From positions 12,852 through 76,851 of the forward strand of contig JAJDAZ010000036.1 in assembly GCA_029261595.1 (NCBI GenBank): a stretch of DNA of 64,000 bases, given 5' to 3'. A model generated the notes under the pieces. It did not search any database and was not told where the DNA came from. It saw only the letters and a list, made by a program, of their open reading frames with translations. Positions within the stretch are counted from its first letter, which is position 1, and every line of letters begins with the position of its first letter. Of this stretch, positions 35,460 to 44,667 are shown one piece after another. Source of the stretch: Nitrospinaceae bacterium (GTDB lineage Bacteria; Nitrospinota; Nitrospinia; Nitrospinales; VA-1). The position numbers and the translations under genes are program-made.

Positions 35460-37382
35460 ATGAAGAAATCCCATTTAAAAAAACAGCGGGCTTCTCACCA
35501 TCTAATGGTCAATGACAGTAATAATGCCAAACAGATATTAATCAGTATTTTTCTGGTGGTAGCGACATTGGTGGTCTATTGGCAGGTAGAAGGTTTTGAA
35601 TTTCTGAATTTGGATGACGAGCTTTATGTGACGGGGAATGAACACGTAACAACGAAATTGACAATTGATAACATTATTTGGGCTTTTACCGGGGAACATG
35701 CATTCAATTGGCATCCGGTTACCTCGTTGTCACACATGCTTGATTATCAGCTGTATGGATTGAACCCCGCGGGTCATCACCTGACCAATTTATTTTTTCA
35801 CATCGTGAACGCACTTTTACTGTTCCTGGTTCTCAAGCGAATGACGGGAGCGGTATGGAAAAGTAGTTTTGTTGCCGCGCTATTCGCGCTCCATCCACTG
35901 CATGTTGAGTCGGTGGCCTGGGTCTCCGAGCGCAAAGACGTTTTGAGCGCGTTTTTCTGGATGCTGACCCTGCTCGCCTATACCAGCTACGCTGAAAAAA
36001 AGAGAAACGGAAGATACCTTCTCATCCTTTTATTTTTTATTCTTGGTCTGATGTCAAAGCCGATGCTTGTCACCCTGCCATTTGTGCTTCTACTGCTTGA
36101 TTTCTGGCCTCTTCGGCGCTTAAAACCGGGGCATCCAAATGATAACTTCAGCAACCCGAAAACCAAGAAAATTGCTGATAAGGAAGCTAATATTTTTCCG
36201 CTGATCCTTGAGAAAATACCCCTTTTTGCTCTTGCCATTGGGGCAAGCATCGCGACCTACATCGTGCAACATAAAGCTGGCGCAGTAAAATCTACTGAGA
36301 CGTACCCCTTGCTGGTGAGAATTGTGAACGCTCTGGTCTCGTATATAGAATATCTGAAAAAGACGTTTTGGCCTGAAGACCTGACTGTTTTCTATCCCCA
36401 CGCCGAAAGCGCATTGCCTGTTTGGAAAGGCGTGGTATGTGGGGTCGTGTTGGTGTGTATCACGACTGTGGTAATACGAATGGTTCGAAGGTCACCTTCA
36501 CTTGCTGTGGGGTGGTTTTGGTATTTGGGAACCCTGGTGCCTGTTATCGGAATCGTTCAGATTGGAGCGCAGGCAATGGCAGACCGATACACATATATTC
36601 CTTTTATTGGAATTGCTATCATGGTCGCGTGGGGGTTGCCGGAGCTTATGGCCAACTGGCGACACCGGGACCGGATGCTGGCTGTTTCAGCGGGAATTCT
36701 AATTCCTGCGATGATGGCATTGTCGTGGGCCCAGGCGAACCACTGGGAGAATAATATAAAACTTTATAACCATGCCATTGAAGTGACGGATAAAAAATAT
36801 CCCAGCTTTGCCATTATCCATTACAACCTCGGAGCCGCTCTATACGATAAAAAGGAATTAAATGAGGCAATCAGTCATTACAAGGAAGCAATAAGGCTTA
36901 AGCCTGACTATGCCGTTTCACATTACAACCTTGGAGTCACTCTGGGTGAACTGATGGAGATTGATGCCGCTATTTCTCATTACAGGGATGCAATTCGGAT
37001 TCAGCCGGAATATGCCGCATCACACAACAACCTTGCAAACGCCCTGGATAAAAAGATGGAATTTGATGAGGCTGTTTTTCACTACAAGGAGGCGATAAAG
37101 CTTAAGCCCAACCATGCCAAAACCCATTACAATCTAGGGCGCACTCTTGGCAAACAGATGAAGCTTGACGAAGCTATTGCTCATTACAAGGAAGCGATAA
37201 GGCTCAAGCCCGGCTATGCTGAGGCGCATAACAACCTGGGAAGCACTCTGGGAGAGCAAGGGAAATTTGAAGATGCCATTGGCCATTTTACAATGGCTGT
37301 AAAGTTAGACCCCGGCAACGTCCAGGCGCAAAACAATTTGAAGGTAATTATATCATTTAAAGAAAAGAGTGAAATGCAATAG
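35460..37382 (+). CDS. TMTC-like polytopic membrane protein (DUF1736-type GT-C fold) with a C-terminal TPR array
   Basis: Paralogue of 23601-25988: FLNLDDE, NWHPVTSLSHMLDY, GHHLTNLFFH, HPLHVESVAWVSERKD, SKPMLVTLPFVL, ADRYTYIP, then about 6 TPR units (HYNLG..L......AI.HY.EAI.L.P). Confidence 0.8.
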   Translation: MKKSHLKKQRASHHLMVNDSNNAKQILISIFLVVATLVVYWQVEGFEFLNLDDELYVTGNEHVTTKLTIDNIIWAFTGEHAFNWHPVTSLSHMLDYQLYGLNPAGHHLTNLFFHIVNALLLFLVLKRMTGAVWKSSFVAALFALHPLHVESVAWVSERKDVLSAFFWMLTLLAYTSYAEKKRNGRYLLILLFFILGLMSKPMLVTLPFVLLLLDFWPLRRLKPGHPNDNFSNPKTKKIADKEANIFPLILEKIPLFALAIGASIATYIVQHKAGAVKSTETYPLLVRIVNALVSYIEYLKKTFWPEDLTVFYPHAESALPVWKGVVCGVVLVCITTVVIRMVRRSPSLAVGWFWYLGTLVPVIGIVQIGAQAMADRYTYIPFIGIAIMVAWGLPELMANWRHRDRMLAVSAGILIPAMMALSWAQANHWENNIKLYNHAIEVTDKKYPSFAIIHYNLGAALYDKKELNEAISHYKEAIRLKPDYAVSHYNLGVTLGELMEIDAAISHYRDAIRIQPEYAASHNNLANALDKKMEFDEAVFHYKEAIKLKPNHAKTHYNLGRTLGKQMKLDEAIAHYKEAIRLKPGYAEAHNNLGSTLGEQGKFEDAIGHFTMAVKLDPGNVQAQNNLKVIISFKEKSEMQ

Positions 37383-37649
37383 AAACAATATCTTCCAGCC
37401 GGATGCAACCGACCGAAAAAATTGGTCCCTGGTATGCAAAGGGTACCCAGCCAAAGAACTGATAACCTCTACTTCCCTTCTCCTTTACTCTTGTTCCCGC
37501 GTGTAAGAATTCATATACTTGAATCGACTAACCCATAGATTCAAAACCTCTGCGGGCTCGGAAAGCCCTGGTTATTTCCTTTTTTAGTTTTCTCCTTCAG
37601 CAGGTTAATATCAATTCCTGTGCAAAGCACACACTGATGAGGCGATGTT

Positions 37650-38156
37650 ATGAAATCTTTAATCCATTGGACCTTGGCTTTATTATTGACAGGATTTTCT
37701 TCCCTGGCGTTCGCGTCACCTCCGGCGGAACTGAATTTGTGGAAGCACGATCCATTTTTCTACGGTTCCTGCGGTCATTGCGGAGATTTCGTCCGACTTA
37801 AGGAAAACAAAAACCGTGCAGATTTCACCGATTTCGAATTATACAACCAAACCGGATATTATTCCGCTGTCCTGTACGGTCCGGAGAACTCAACAATCAC
37901 TCTTTTTGGCGAGGAAAGTTATGCGACGGACAAAGGATTCCTGATCATCGTGAAAAAGGACGATGCGGTCGTGCAAATCGAAAATCTGGATGAATTCACC
38001 CCGGAAAAATGGACCCACGTGAAAGCGGACAAGGGCTGGTCCGGCGCTTATTCGGTGTATTACCAACCCTACCCCCGGTTCAAAAAAAATGTGCAATCGG
38101 GAAAATGGGGGAAATGGTGGACCACCTTACCCCGTGTTCCTGAGCCCGTGAGTTGA
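37650..38156 (+). CDS. hypothetical secreted protein
   Basis: Signal peptide MKSLIHWTLALLLTGFSSLAFA. No recognisable motif. Confidence 0.5.
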   Translation: MKSLIHWTLALLLTGFSSLAFASPPAELNLWKHDPFFYGSCGHCGDFVRLKENKNRADFTDFELYNQTGYYSAVLYGPENSTITLFGEESYATDKGFLIIVKKDDAVVQIENLDEFTPEKWTHVKADKGWSGAYSVYYQPYPRFKKNVQSGKWGKWWTTLPRVPEPVS

Positions 38157-38257
38157 TTTGATTTATTCCCACGTGACCCGCGTATGTCGGTATAATATTC
38201 TTTCCGGGGCGGATGGTTCGCTCCGGTTGAAGATCAACCATAAAACGAAAGAGAAGC

Positions 38258-39316
38258 ATGAAATTTTTGCAATCGATTTTTCTGCCTTTATTCACAACCA
38301 TCCTTTTGCTCACCCCGTTGACTGCCCTTAACGCGGCGCCCCAGGATGAAAAGTTCACTATAAACGGCAGACCGGTTCCCAAGGTGGTCGCCCAGGTCAA
38401 CGGAACGGAATTGAGCTCCGATTTCCTCGAGCGCGAGATGGTCGCGTTTAAATTGATGTCTCTTCAGCAAGGCCGGGAAATCAAGGCCGAGTCGGAAGAT
38501 AAAATCGCACGTAAAATTCTGCAAGGGAAAATTGAAGAGGAACTGATCTATCAAAAAGCTAGGCTGGCGAGCGTTCAGGTCCCGGACAATATTATCCTCA
38601 AGGAAATCAAAAATATTGAACAACAGTTTCCCGATCCCAAATTATTTGAACGGGCTCTGGCCATGCAACACCTGACGCGCGGGTCATTACGGGAAAAAAT
38701 CGAGCGGCAACTTGTGGCGGAAAAGTATTTGCGCCAGGTCATCATCCCGAAAATAAAAAGGGATCAACTGGACCCCAAGAGGCACTACGAAAACAACAAA
38801 TCCTCATTCATGAAACCGAAAATGTATGACGTCAGCCACATTTTCGTTCGCCTCATGGATACATCGTCCCAAGGCAAGGTGACCGATCCGGGGGCGAAAA
38901 AAAAGGCCCAGCGGATTTTAGATGGCATCAATAAGGAGGCGCATGATCATATCGTCGGCATCGAAAAGAAATTAAAAAAGGGAGACAGCTTCACCAAACT
39001 CGCCAAAGAATTCTCTGAAGATGAATCCACCAAGGAAAAGGGTGGCAACCTCGGAGTCCTGCTACCCTCAACCACCATCCCGGCAATCGGCGCTGAAATG
39101 ACCAAGCTGGCGATGGGGGAAACCAGCGGCATCCTCCAGAGCTCCTATGGTTACCACATCATCCGGCTCAACAGCATCGTCGCAAGCCGCCTGGCGCCGT
39201 ATGAGGAAGTCGAATCGGACATCCTCAATCTGCTGATGGTGCGGGAAACGGAAAAATTGAAAGAAGAACTCCTGGTGCGGCTGAAAAAAGAAGCCGACAT
39301 CAAAATTTTCATTTGA
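38258..39316 (+). CDS. periplasmic parvulin-type peptidyl-prolyl isomerase / chaperone (SurA/PrsA-like)
   Basis: Signal peptide. SurA-N-like helical region. Rotamase motifs VSHIFVR, GGNLGVL, GYHIIRL. Confidence 0.8.
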   Translation: MKFLQSIFLPLFTTILLLTPLTALNAAPQDEKFTINGRPVPKVVAQVNGTELSSDFLEREMVAFKLMSLQQGREIKAESEDKIARKILQGKIEEELIYQKARLASVQVPDNIILKEIKNIEQQFPDPKLFERALAMQHLTRGSLREKIERQLVAEKYLRQVIIPKIKRDQLDPKRHYENNKSSFMKPKMYDVSHIFVRLMDTSSQGKVTDPGAKKKAQRILDGINKEAHDHIVGIEKKLKKGDSFTKLAKEFSEDESTKEKGGNLGVLLPSTTIPAIGAEMTKLAMGETSGILQSSYGYHIIRLNSIVASRLAPYEEVESDILNLLMVRETEKLKEELLVRLKKEADIKIFI

Positions 39317-39363
39317 CCAACGTCCATCGACCTCCCAAAAATTAACATTTCCTTTTTCCCGCC

Positions 39364-40362
39364 ATGAAAACCCTTGTCACAGGAGCCACAGGTTTTTTAG
39401 GATCGGCCATCGTCCGCGAGTTGTTAAAGGATGGGCGCAAGGTCCGGGCTCTGATCCGTGAAGGCACCCCCACGGAAAATATTGATGGGCTCGATCTAGA
39501 GCTGGCCTACGGAGACCTGCGCGATAAGGACTCGCTTAAAAAAGCCCTGCGCAATTGTGACGTCCTCTACCATACCGCCGCCTATTACAGCCTGTGGGAT
39601 AAAAACAAACGCCTGATCTACGACATCAATGTTGAAGGCACCCGGAGTATCCTGCAGGCCGCCCTCGACCTCGGGGTAACCAAAACGGTCTATACCAGTA
39701 CCGTGGGCTGCATCGGACTCTTAGAGAATGGAATTCCGGCAAACGAGGAAACCCCCTTCAACTCCGCCACCCTCTGCAACGATTATAAACGGTCCAAGTA
39801 CCAGGCGGAACAAGTGGCCAAGGAGTTCAGCCATAATGGGCTTCCCTTGGTGATCGTCAATCCCAGCACCCCCGTCGGTCCAAGGGATATCAAACCCACG
39901 CCCACCGGAAAAATTATTCTTGATTTTCTTAACCGCAAAATGCCCGCCTATCTCGACACAGGACTGAATCTCATCGATGTCAACGACTGCGCCCGCGGCC
40001 ATTTGCTGGCGGAGGAAAAAGGCGTCCCGGGCGAACGCTATATCCTGGGCAACCAAAACATGTCGCTCAAAGAAATTTTACTGACGTTGGAAAAAGTCAC
40101 CGGTCTCAAGGCCCCCACCGTTAAAATGCCCTATTGGGTCGCATACGCGGCAGGATGGGTGTGCGACACGCTTTCGGACCACGTGACGGGTCGGCATCCT
40201 GCGGTTCCGTTGGCCGGGGTGCGCATGGCAAAATATTTTATGTATTTCGATTCCTCCAAAGCGGTGCGGGAACTTGGCCTTCCGCAGAACTCCATCGAGA
40301 CGGCATTGGAAGAGGCGGTCCAGTGGTATAAGGACCATTCCCGAGTCTCCTTCAAAAATTAA
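39364..40362 (+). CDS. NAD-dependent sugar epimerase/reductase, HpnA-like (hopanoid-associated sugar epimerase family)
   Basis: VTGATGFLGS Rossmann motif, YKRSK catalytic motif. ..NPSTPVGPRDIKPTPTGKII..MPAYLDTGLNLIDV..GERYILG.. closely follows my memory of HpnA. Confidence 0.65.
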   Translation: MKTLVTGATGFLGSAIVRELLKDGRKVRALIREGTPTENIDGLDLELAYGDLRDKDSLKKALRNCDVLYHTAAYYSLWDKNKRLIYDINVEGTRSILQAALDLGVTKTVYTSTVGCIGLLENGIPANEETPFNSATLCNDYKRSKYQAEQVAKEFSHNGLPLVIVNPSTPVGPRDIKPTPTGKIILDFLNRKMPAYLDTGLNLIDVNDCARGHLLAEEKGVPGERYILGNQNMSLKEILLTLEKVTGLKAPTVKMPYWVAYAAGWVCDTLSDHVTGRHPAVPLAGVRMAKYFMYFDSSKAVRELGLPQNSIETALEEAVQWYKDHSRVSFKN

Positions 40363-40363
40363 A

Positions 40364-41164
40364 ATGGAAATTTTATCACTGCTCTTAGGAACCGTTCTTC
40401 TCAGGCCCTACGTTTTCGTTTTCCTGGCATTTTACCTGACCATCGCCATCATCAACATGGGACTGGCCCGGTCGGTGATTTTCACCGTTCTGGCCTACAC
40501 GATCGCCTTCCTGTCGGAATATTCTTCCACCCGCAACGGGTTCCCTTACGGGTTTTACAGCTACATCGACACCACCCGCACCCAGGAATTGTGGATCACC
40601 AACGTTCCGTTCATGGACTCCCTGTCCTATTCCTTCCTGTCCTATATCAGTTACACCGTCAGCCTGTTGTTCTGGTCCGCGTTAAATAAGAACGGCTGGG
40701 ACATTCGCCTGAAGGAAAACCTGCCCGTTCAAACCTCTCTGCGCGTGGTGTTCACCGGAGCGTTTTTTTTCATGATGATGGATGTCATTATTGACCCAGT
40801 CGCCTTTTTGGGCGATCGCTGGTTTTTAGGGAAAATTTACACGTATCAGGAGGAAGGGGAATATTTCAACATCCCCCTGACCAACTTTGCCGGGTGGCTG
40901 ATTGTCGGAACCGCGATTCTATCGAGCTGGTGCTGGCTTAACTGCAGATTGGAAGGGAAATTTCCTTTCCAAAAAAGAAACGTTCCCTATCAGGCCCTTC
41001 TGGGGCCGGGACTGTATCTGGGCGTGTTGATTTTCAACCTGGCGGTGACGTTTTATATCGGCGAGTTTCTACTGGGGTTTTGCGGAACGCTGATATTCAT
41101 GGGAATCTTCTCCCTCATGCTGTACAAAATAAAAAACCCCGAATGGTTGGCGGATAAAGATTGA
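40364..41164 (+). CDS. polytopic membrane protein, DUF422 / carotenoid-biosynthesis-associated family
   Basis: ATG 1 nt after the upstream stop. About 7 TM helices. ..MMDVIIDPVAFLGDRWFLGKIY..FNIPLTNFAGWLIVG.. motif. Confidence 0.55.
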   Translation: MEILSLLLGTVLLRPYVFVFLAFYLTIAIINMGLARSVIFTVLAYTIAFLSEYSSTRNGFPYGFYSYIDTTRTQELWITNVPFMDSLSYSFLSYISYTVSLLFWSALNKNGWDIRLKENLPVQTSLRVVFTGAFFFMMMDVIIDPVAFLGDRWFLGKIYTYQEEGEYFNIPLTNFAGWLIVGTAILSSWCWLNCRLEGKFPFQKRNVPYQALLGPGLYLGVLIFNLAVTFYIGEFLLGFCGTLIFMGIFSLMLYKIKNPEWLADKD

Positions 41165-41297
41165 ATTACCTTTAAATACAAAATATTTTCAACGCCAGGG
41201 TAAAAATACAGGTAAAATATAAGATAGTGTTTTCAACTGGTGAAAAGAGCCGGGAGTGTCCCCGACACGAAACTCAATGGGTTTAAAAGGAGAAAAC

Positions 41298-41696
41298 ATG
41301 GATAAAATTGAACAGTTCATGGAAGAAGCTCTGGTGGGTCTGAAACCCGATTCCACCGTTACCGATGCGGCCAAGACCATGCTGGAAAAAAAGGTGGGCG
41401 CGCTTTTTATTTCCGATGGGAGCAAGTTTCTGGGGATTGTCACATCGGTTGATTTTTCACACAAAGTCCTGGCCAAAGAGCTGGACCCGGCAAAAACTAA
41501 AATCGCCAGCATCATGGCCCAGCCCCTGATCTCACTGGACCGGAACCAGACCATGAAAGAGGCCTACCGGTGCATGCATCAGCATAATATCCGCCACCTT
41601 GCAGTCACGGAAAACGAAGAGGTGGTGGGAGTGCTATCTGTCAAGGATTTCGCAAATTACTACTACCATGAGGTCGAAAACGAAGCGCTGGATTAG
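41298..41696 (+). CDS. CBS-domain pair protein
   Basis: SD aaggag before ATG 41298. Two CBS motifs (..AKTMLEKKVGALFI.., ..MHQHNIRHLAVTENEEVVGVLS..). Confidence 0.8.
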   Translation: MDKIEQFMEEALVGLKPDSTVTDAAKTMLEKKVGALFISDGSKFLGIVTSVDFSHKVLAKELDPAKTKIASIMAQPLISLDRNQTMKEAYRCMHQHNIRHLAVTENEEVVGVLSVKDFANYYYHEVENEALD

Positions 41697-41749
41697 CAGA
41701 GACCTTAGGAATTAAATTCCGGTCACTAACTTTAGAGGATTGAAAAACC

Positions 41750-41833
41750 ATGTTTCAAAACTGGGAAACATTCATTGGCGTTGTCGTTGGCTTGGCGATT
41801 TTGATCCCCTACCTGCTCAAGAAGTTTTATTGA
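41750..41833 (+). CDS. possible 27-aa single-TM micro-protein
   Basis: MFQNWETFIGVVVGLAILIPYLLKKFY. Below the ORF-track size cut-off. Weak SD (agagga) 13 nt upstream. Confidence 0.25.
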   Translation: MFQNWETFIGVVVGLAILIPYLLKKFY

Positions 41834-41837
41834 CGAC

Positions 41838-41975
41838 ATGATCGACGCCGGTGAAAAAAAGAAGCCTGAAAAGCGCAGAGAACACCCGGTTTTCACACTT
41901 TTCGTTCATGTGGGATATACCATCCTGATCCTTTCCATGATTTCCTGGATCGTTTATATCGAGTTCATTTTGTAA
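41838..41975 (+). CDS. possible 45-aa single-TM micro-protein
   Basis: MIDAGEKKKPEKRREHPVFTLFVHVGYTILILSMISWIVYIEFIL. Starts 4 nt after the previous small ORF. Confidence 0.25.
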   Translation: MIDAGEKKKPEKRREHPVFTLFVHVGYTILILSMISWIVYIEFIL

Positions 41976-41996
41976 GCGCCACGCCTATTTTCAACG

Positions 41997-42695
41997 TCAC
42001 CTCGCCTCAATCAAGACAATATTATTCCGCACCGCCTCAATAAACTCCTTCATTGAAACGATGGCTTTGGGTTTGACAGGCTTTTCATCCTTGAAAGATT
42101 TGAGTTCTTGAATCGCCTGTTTCAGGGTCGATGTGGATATCGCGAAATTGTGTTTGCCAGATATTTCCGCTGGATAATATTCTTCCGCATGCCGGGCCAT
42201 GAGGACCATTCCAACGACCTGTTTGTTGCGATTGAGCAACGGACCCCCGCTGTGAACCGGGTCCAGCGCCAGATCGACGGGTATCCAATCTGAAAATTTG
42301 ACCCCGCTGTTTGCCAGGAATCCTTCGATGAGAGTGTGCTGGTCCTCAAGGGTATTCGTCCAGGGGTATCCCAGCGTGAACACATAATTATCCTGCGGGG
42401 GGATATTTGATTCGGAAAATGAAAGAGGCTCCCTTTTAACTTTCGGGGCTTCGTCCAGTTTAAGGATGGCCAGATTTTTAGCGGGGCTTTTGTAAACTAA
42501 CGCTGCCTTTATATTGTCTTCATTGGGAAACTTGACCTGAATGACTTCCGCTTCTTTGAGCAAATCATAATAGGTCATGACATATTGACCGTCTCCGATC
42601 AAAAACCCGGACCCCAGGCGGGCCACGGGGGTATTCATAACCAGAAACAACACCAACAGGCCCATCAGAACGATCGAAGCAAGGACTTTGATCAT
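41997..42695 (-). CDS. membrane-anchored trypsin-like (S1C/HtrA-type) domain protein with a degenerate catalytic triad
   Basis: GSGFLIGDGQYVMTYYDLL (expected TNxHV), NLAILKLDE (expected DLAxLK), VHSGGPLLN..VVGMV (Ser retained). N-terminal TM helix. Confidence 0.6.
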   Translation of the reverse strand: MIKVLASIVLMGLLVLFLVMNTPVARLGSGFLIGDGQYVMTYYDLLKEAEVIQVKFPNEDNIKAALVYKSPAKNLAILKLDEAPKVKREPLSFSESNIPPQDNYVFTLGYPWTNTLEDQHTLIEGFLANSGVKFSDWIPVDLALDPVHSGGPLLNRNKQVVGMVLMARHAEEYYPAEISGKHNFAISTSTLKQAIQELKSFKDEKPVKPKAIVSMKEFIEAVRNNIVLIEAR

Positions 42696-42701
42696 GGCCC
42701 G

Positions 42702-43016
42702 TTAGCCGCCGGGAAAAGAAATCAACCCGCCATTGGAATGCCCTATATTGTAAAGCGGACCGCCGGGTTGACTTAATTTCCCTATTTCTCCCGTGGGCAT
42801 ATCGAAAAAACGTGCGGTTTTGGCTTTCTTGATGGCGATGTCGATACTGCCCAGCCACGCTCCCTCCATCCTGAAAAACGCCTTGAGGTTAGCGCCTGCA
42901 TCCACAATCGCAATATCCATTTGACAGCCGATTTCCGTGGCCTTATCCATCGCCGCCTTCACGACATTGCGCGCGCAGTCGTCAGAGAGGTCTTTTTGGT
43001 TTATTGCATTTCCCAT
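42702..43016 (-). CDS. GlcG/HbpS-like (DUF336) protein, apparently C-terminally truncated
   Basis: ..[43 protein letters not shown] then stop. The usual ..G.IGAIGVSG.. C-terminal segment is absent. Confidence 0.6.
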   Translation of the reverse strand: MGNAINQKDLSDDCARNVVKAAMDKATEIGCQMDIAIVDAGANLKAFFRMEGAWLGSIDIAIKKAKTARFFDMPTGEIGKLSQPGGPLYNIGHSNGGLISFPGG

Positions 43017-43048
43017 TCTATCTATCGTTGACCAAAGATTTTATCGGG

Positions 43049-43249
43049 TCATTTATGCATTCGGGTATTCATATAAAAACCGTAAATGAAAAAAATGATC
43101 GCGGCTATGATCAATCCGTCATTTAGAAGCATATCTTTCCAATTGCCGATTCCCCGGTCCCACACCCAAGGGACAACGATCAACAATACTGACAATATTC
43201 CAATTCCCAGTAAACTGAAAATAGCAATTATCAAAACTTTATCGTTCAT
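43049..43249 (-). CDS. small two-TM membrane protein
   Basis: Internal Met start gives MNDKVLIIAIFSLLGIGILSVLLIVVPW..GLIIAAIIFFIYGFYM. No known motif. Confidence 0.35.
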   Translation of the reverse strand: MNDKVLIIAIFSLLGIGILSVLLIVVPWVWDRGIGNWKDMLLNDGLIIAAIIFFIYGFYMNTRMHK

Positions 43250-43452
43250 AACGGATTTCCACCCTATGCAATCATTCTGATTCGTCGGAACAAGCGTTTT
43301 ACCAAAGCAGATTGTACCAGCGAAGGAAGATCTGACGAAAGCCAAAATCACCTTTTTCCGGGGAGACGAGAGTTTCTGAACCCTCCAATACAATTCTGCT
43401 GTGATCGGAGTGTATAATAATAGCCCTCAAATATGAACACGGACGACCCAAT

Positions 43453-44490
43453 ATGCCAAATGATCATTACAAAACAGGAATTCCCGAAGCGGATCAATTG
43501 ATCGACGAACTGACCGATCGTTGCGCTCCCGGTGAACGTAAGGAAATGTTCCGGCAAATTCTCACCACAGTGGCAAAACTGGGCATGGAGCATGACGATC
43601 TGGGAGACTTTAAATTAATCAACACCACTCTCAAGGAATTGCGCCATTCATTCCGGGTATTTTATCCATACAGGGCTCAGCGTAAGGTCATGGTGTTCGG
43701 CTCGGCCAGGACGCCTGAGAGTGACCCCAATTACGCCCTGGCCATCGAACTGTCCAGACAACTGGTCCATGAGGGGTTCATGATGATCTCCGGCGCGGGA
43801 CCGGGAATCATGGAAGCCGTGAATCGTGGAGCCGGAAAACAAAACAGCTTTGGCGTCAACATCAAGCTTCCCTTCGAACAGGGCGCCAACCCCTACATTG
43901 CCGATGATCCCAAATTAATGCAATGCAAGTATTTCTTCACCCGCAAATTGATCTTCGCCAAGGAATCGGACGCCACCGTCCTGCTTCCAGGAGGTTTCGG
44001 CACCCTGGACGAAGGCTATGAAATGCTGACCCTGTTTCAAACCGGGAAAACCCTGCCCCGGCCCATCGTTTTGCTGGAGGACCCAAGAGGCGACTACTGG
44101 AAAAACTGGTTGGATTTTCTGGATTCGGTGTTGATCAAAAAGGGTTTCGTTTCCCAGGAAGACCGGAGCCTGTTGCAGATTGCGCATTCCCCGGAAGAGG
44201 TCACGAAATATGTCACCGACTTTTTCCGGGTTTATCATTCCTTAAGATATGTAAGAGGTCTGACCGTCCTCCGATTCACCAGAATAATTCCCGAAAAACT
44301 CATCCGCCAGCTGAATTCCGATTTTAAGGACATCCTGACCCAGGGCGAAATCCGGGCCAGCCCCCCTCTGAAAGATGAGATGAAGAACCGGGAGCATCTG
44401 GACCTGCCGCGGCTGGTTATGGAATTTAATCACCGGAATTTTGGCAGACTCAATGAAATGATTCAAACCATCAACCGCGCTCTGCCATAA
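43453..44490 (+). CDS. LOG-family (TIGR00730) nucleotide N-glycosidase-like protein with a C-terminal extension
   Basis: VMVFGSAR, ISGAGPGIMEAVNRGA, PGGFGTLDE motifs. Confidence 0.8.
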   Translation: MPNDHYKTGIPEADQLIDELTDRCAPGERKEMFRQILTTVAKLGMEHDDLGDFKLINTTLKELRHSFRVFYPYRAQRKVMVFGSARTPESDPNYALAIELSRQLVHEGFMMISGAGPGIMEAVNRGAGKQNSFGVNIKLPFEQGANPYIADDPKLMQCKYFFTRKLIFAKESDATVLLPGGFGTLDEGYEMLTLFQTGKTLPRPIVLLEDPRGDYWKNWLDFLDSVLIKKGFVSQEDRSLLQIAHSPEEVTKYVTDFFRVYHSLRYVRGLTVLRFTRIIPEKLIRQLNSDFKDILTQGEIRASPPLKDEMKNREHLDLPRLVMEFNHRNFGRLNEMIQTINRALP

Positions 44491-44667
44491 AACAAAATTT
44501 CCTGTAATAAAAATGCCAAATTCTGCTTATATTTCAAAAATATTCTCAGATGGTCATTTAATTTCTCTTTAAGCTTAAGTTTATGCAAATAAATTCCGCT
44601 CCTATAGAGGTAAACGTGCTTTTTATGAAGATTTTTTGCCCATTTTTTACCCATAAGGCAGAGACGA

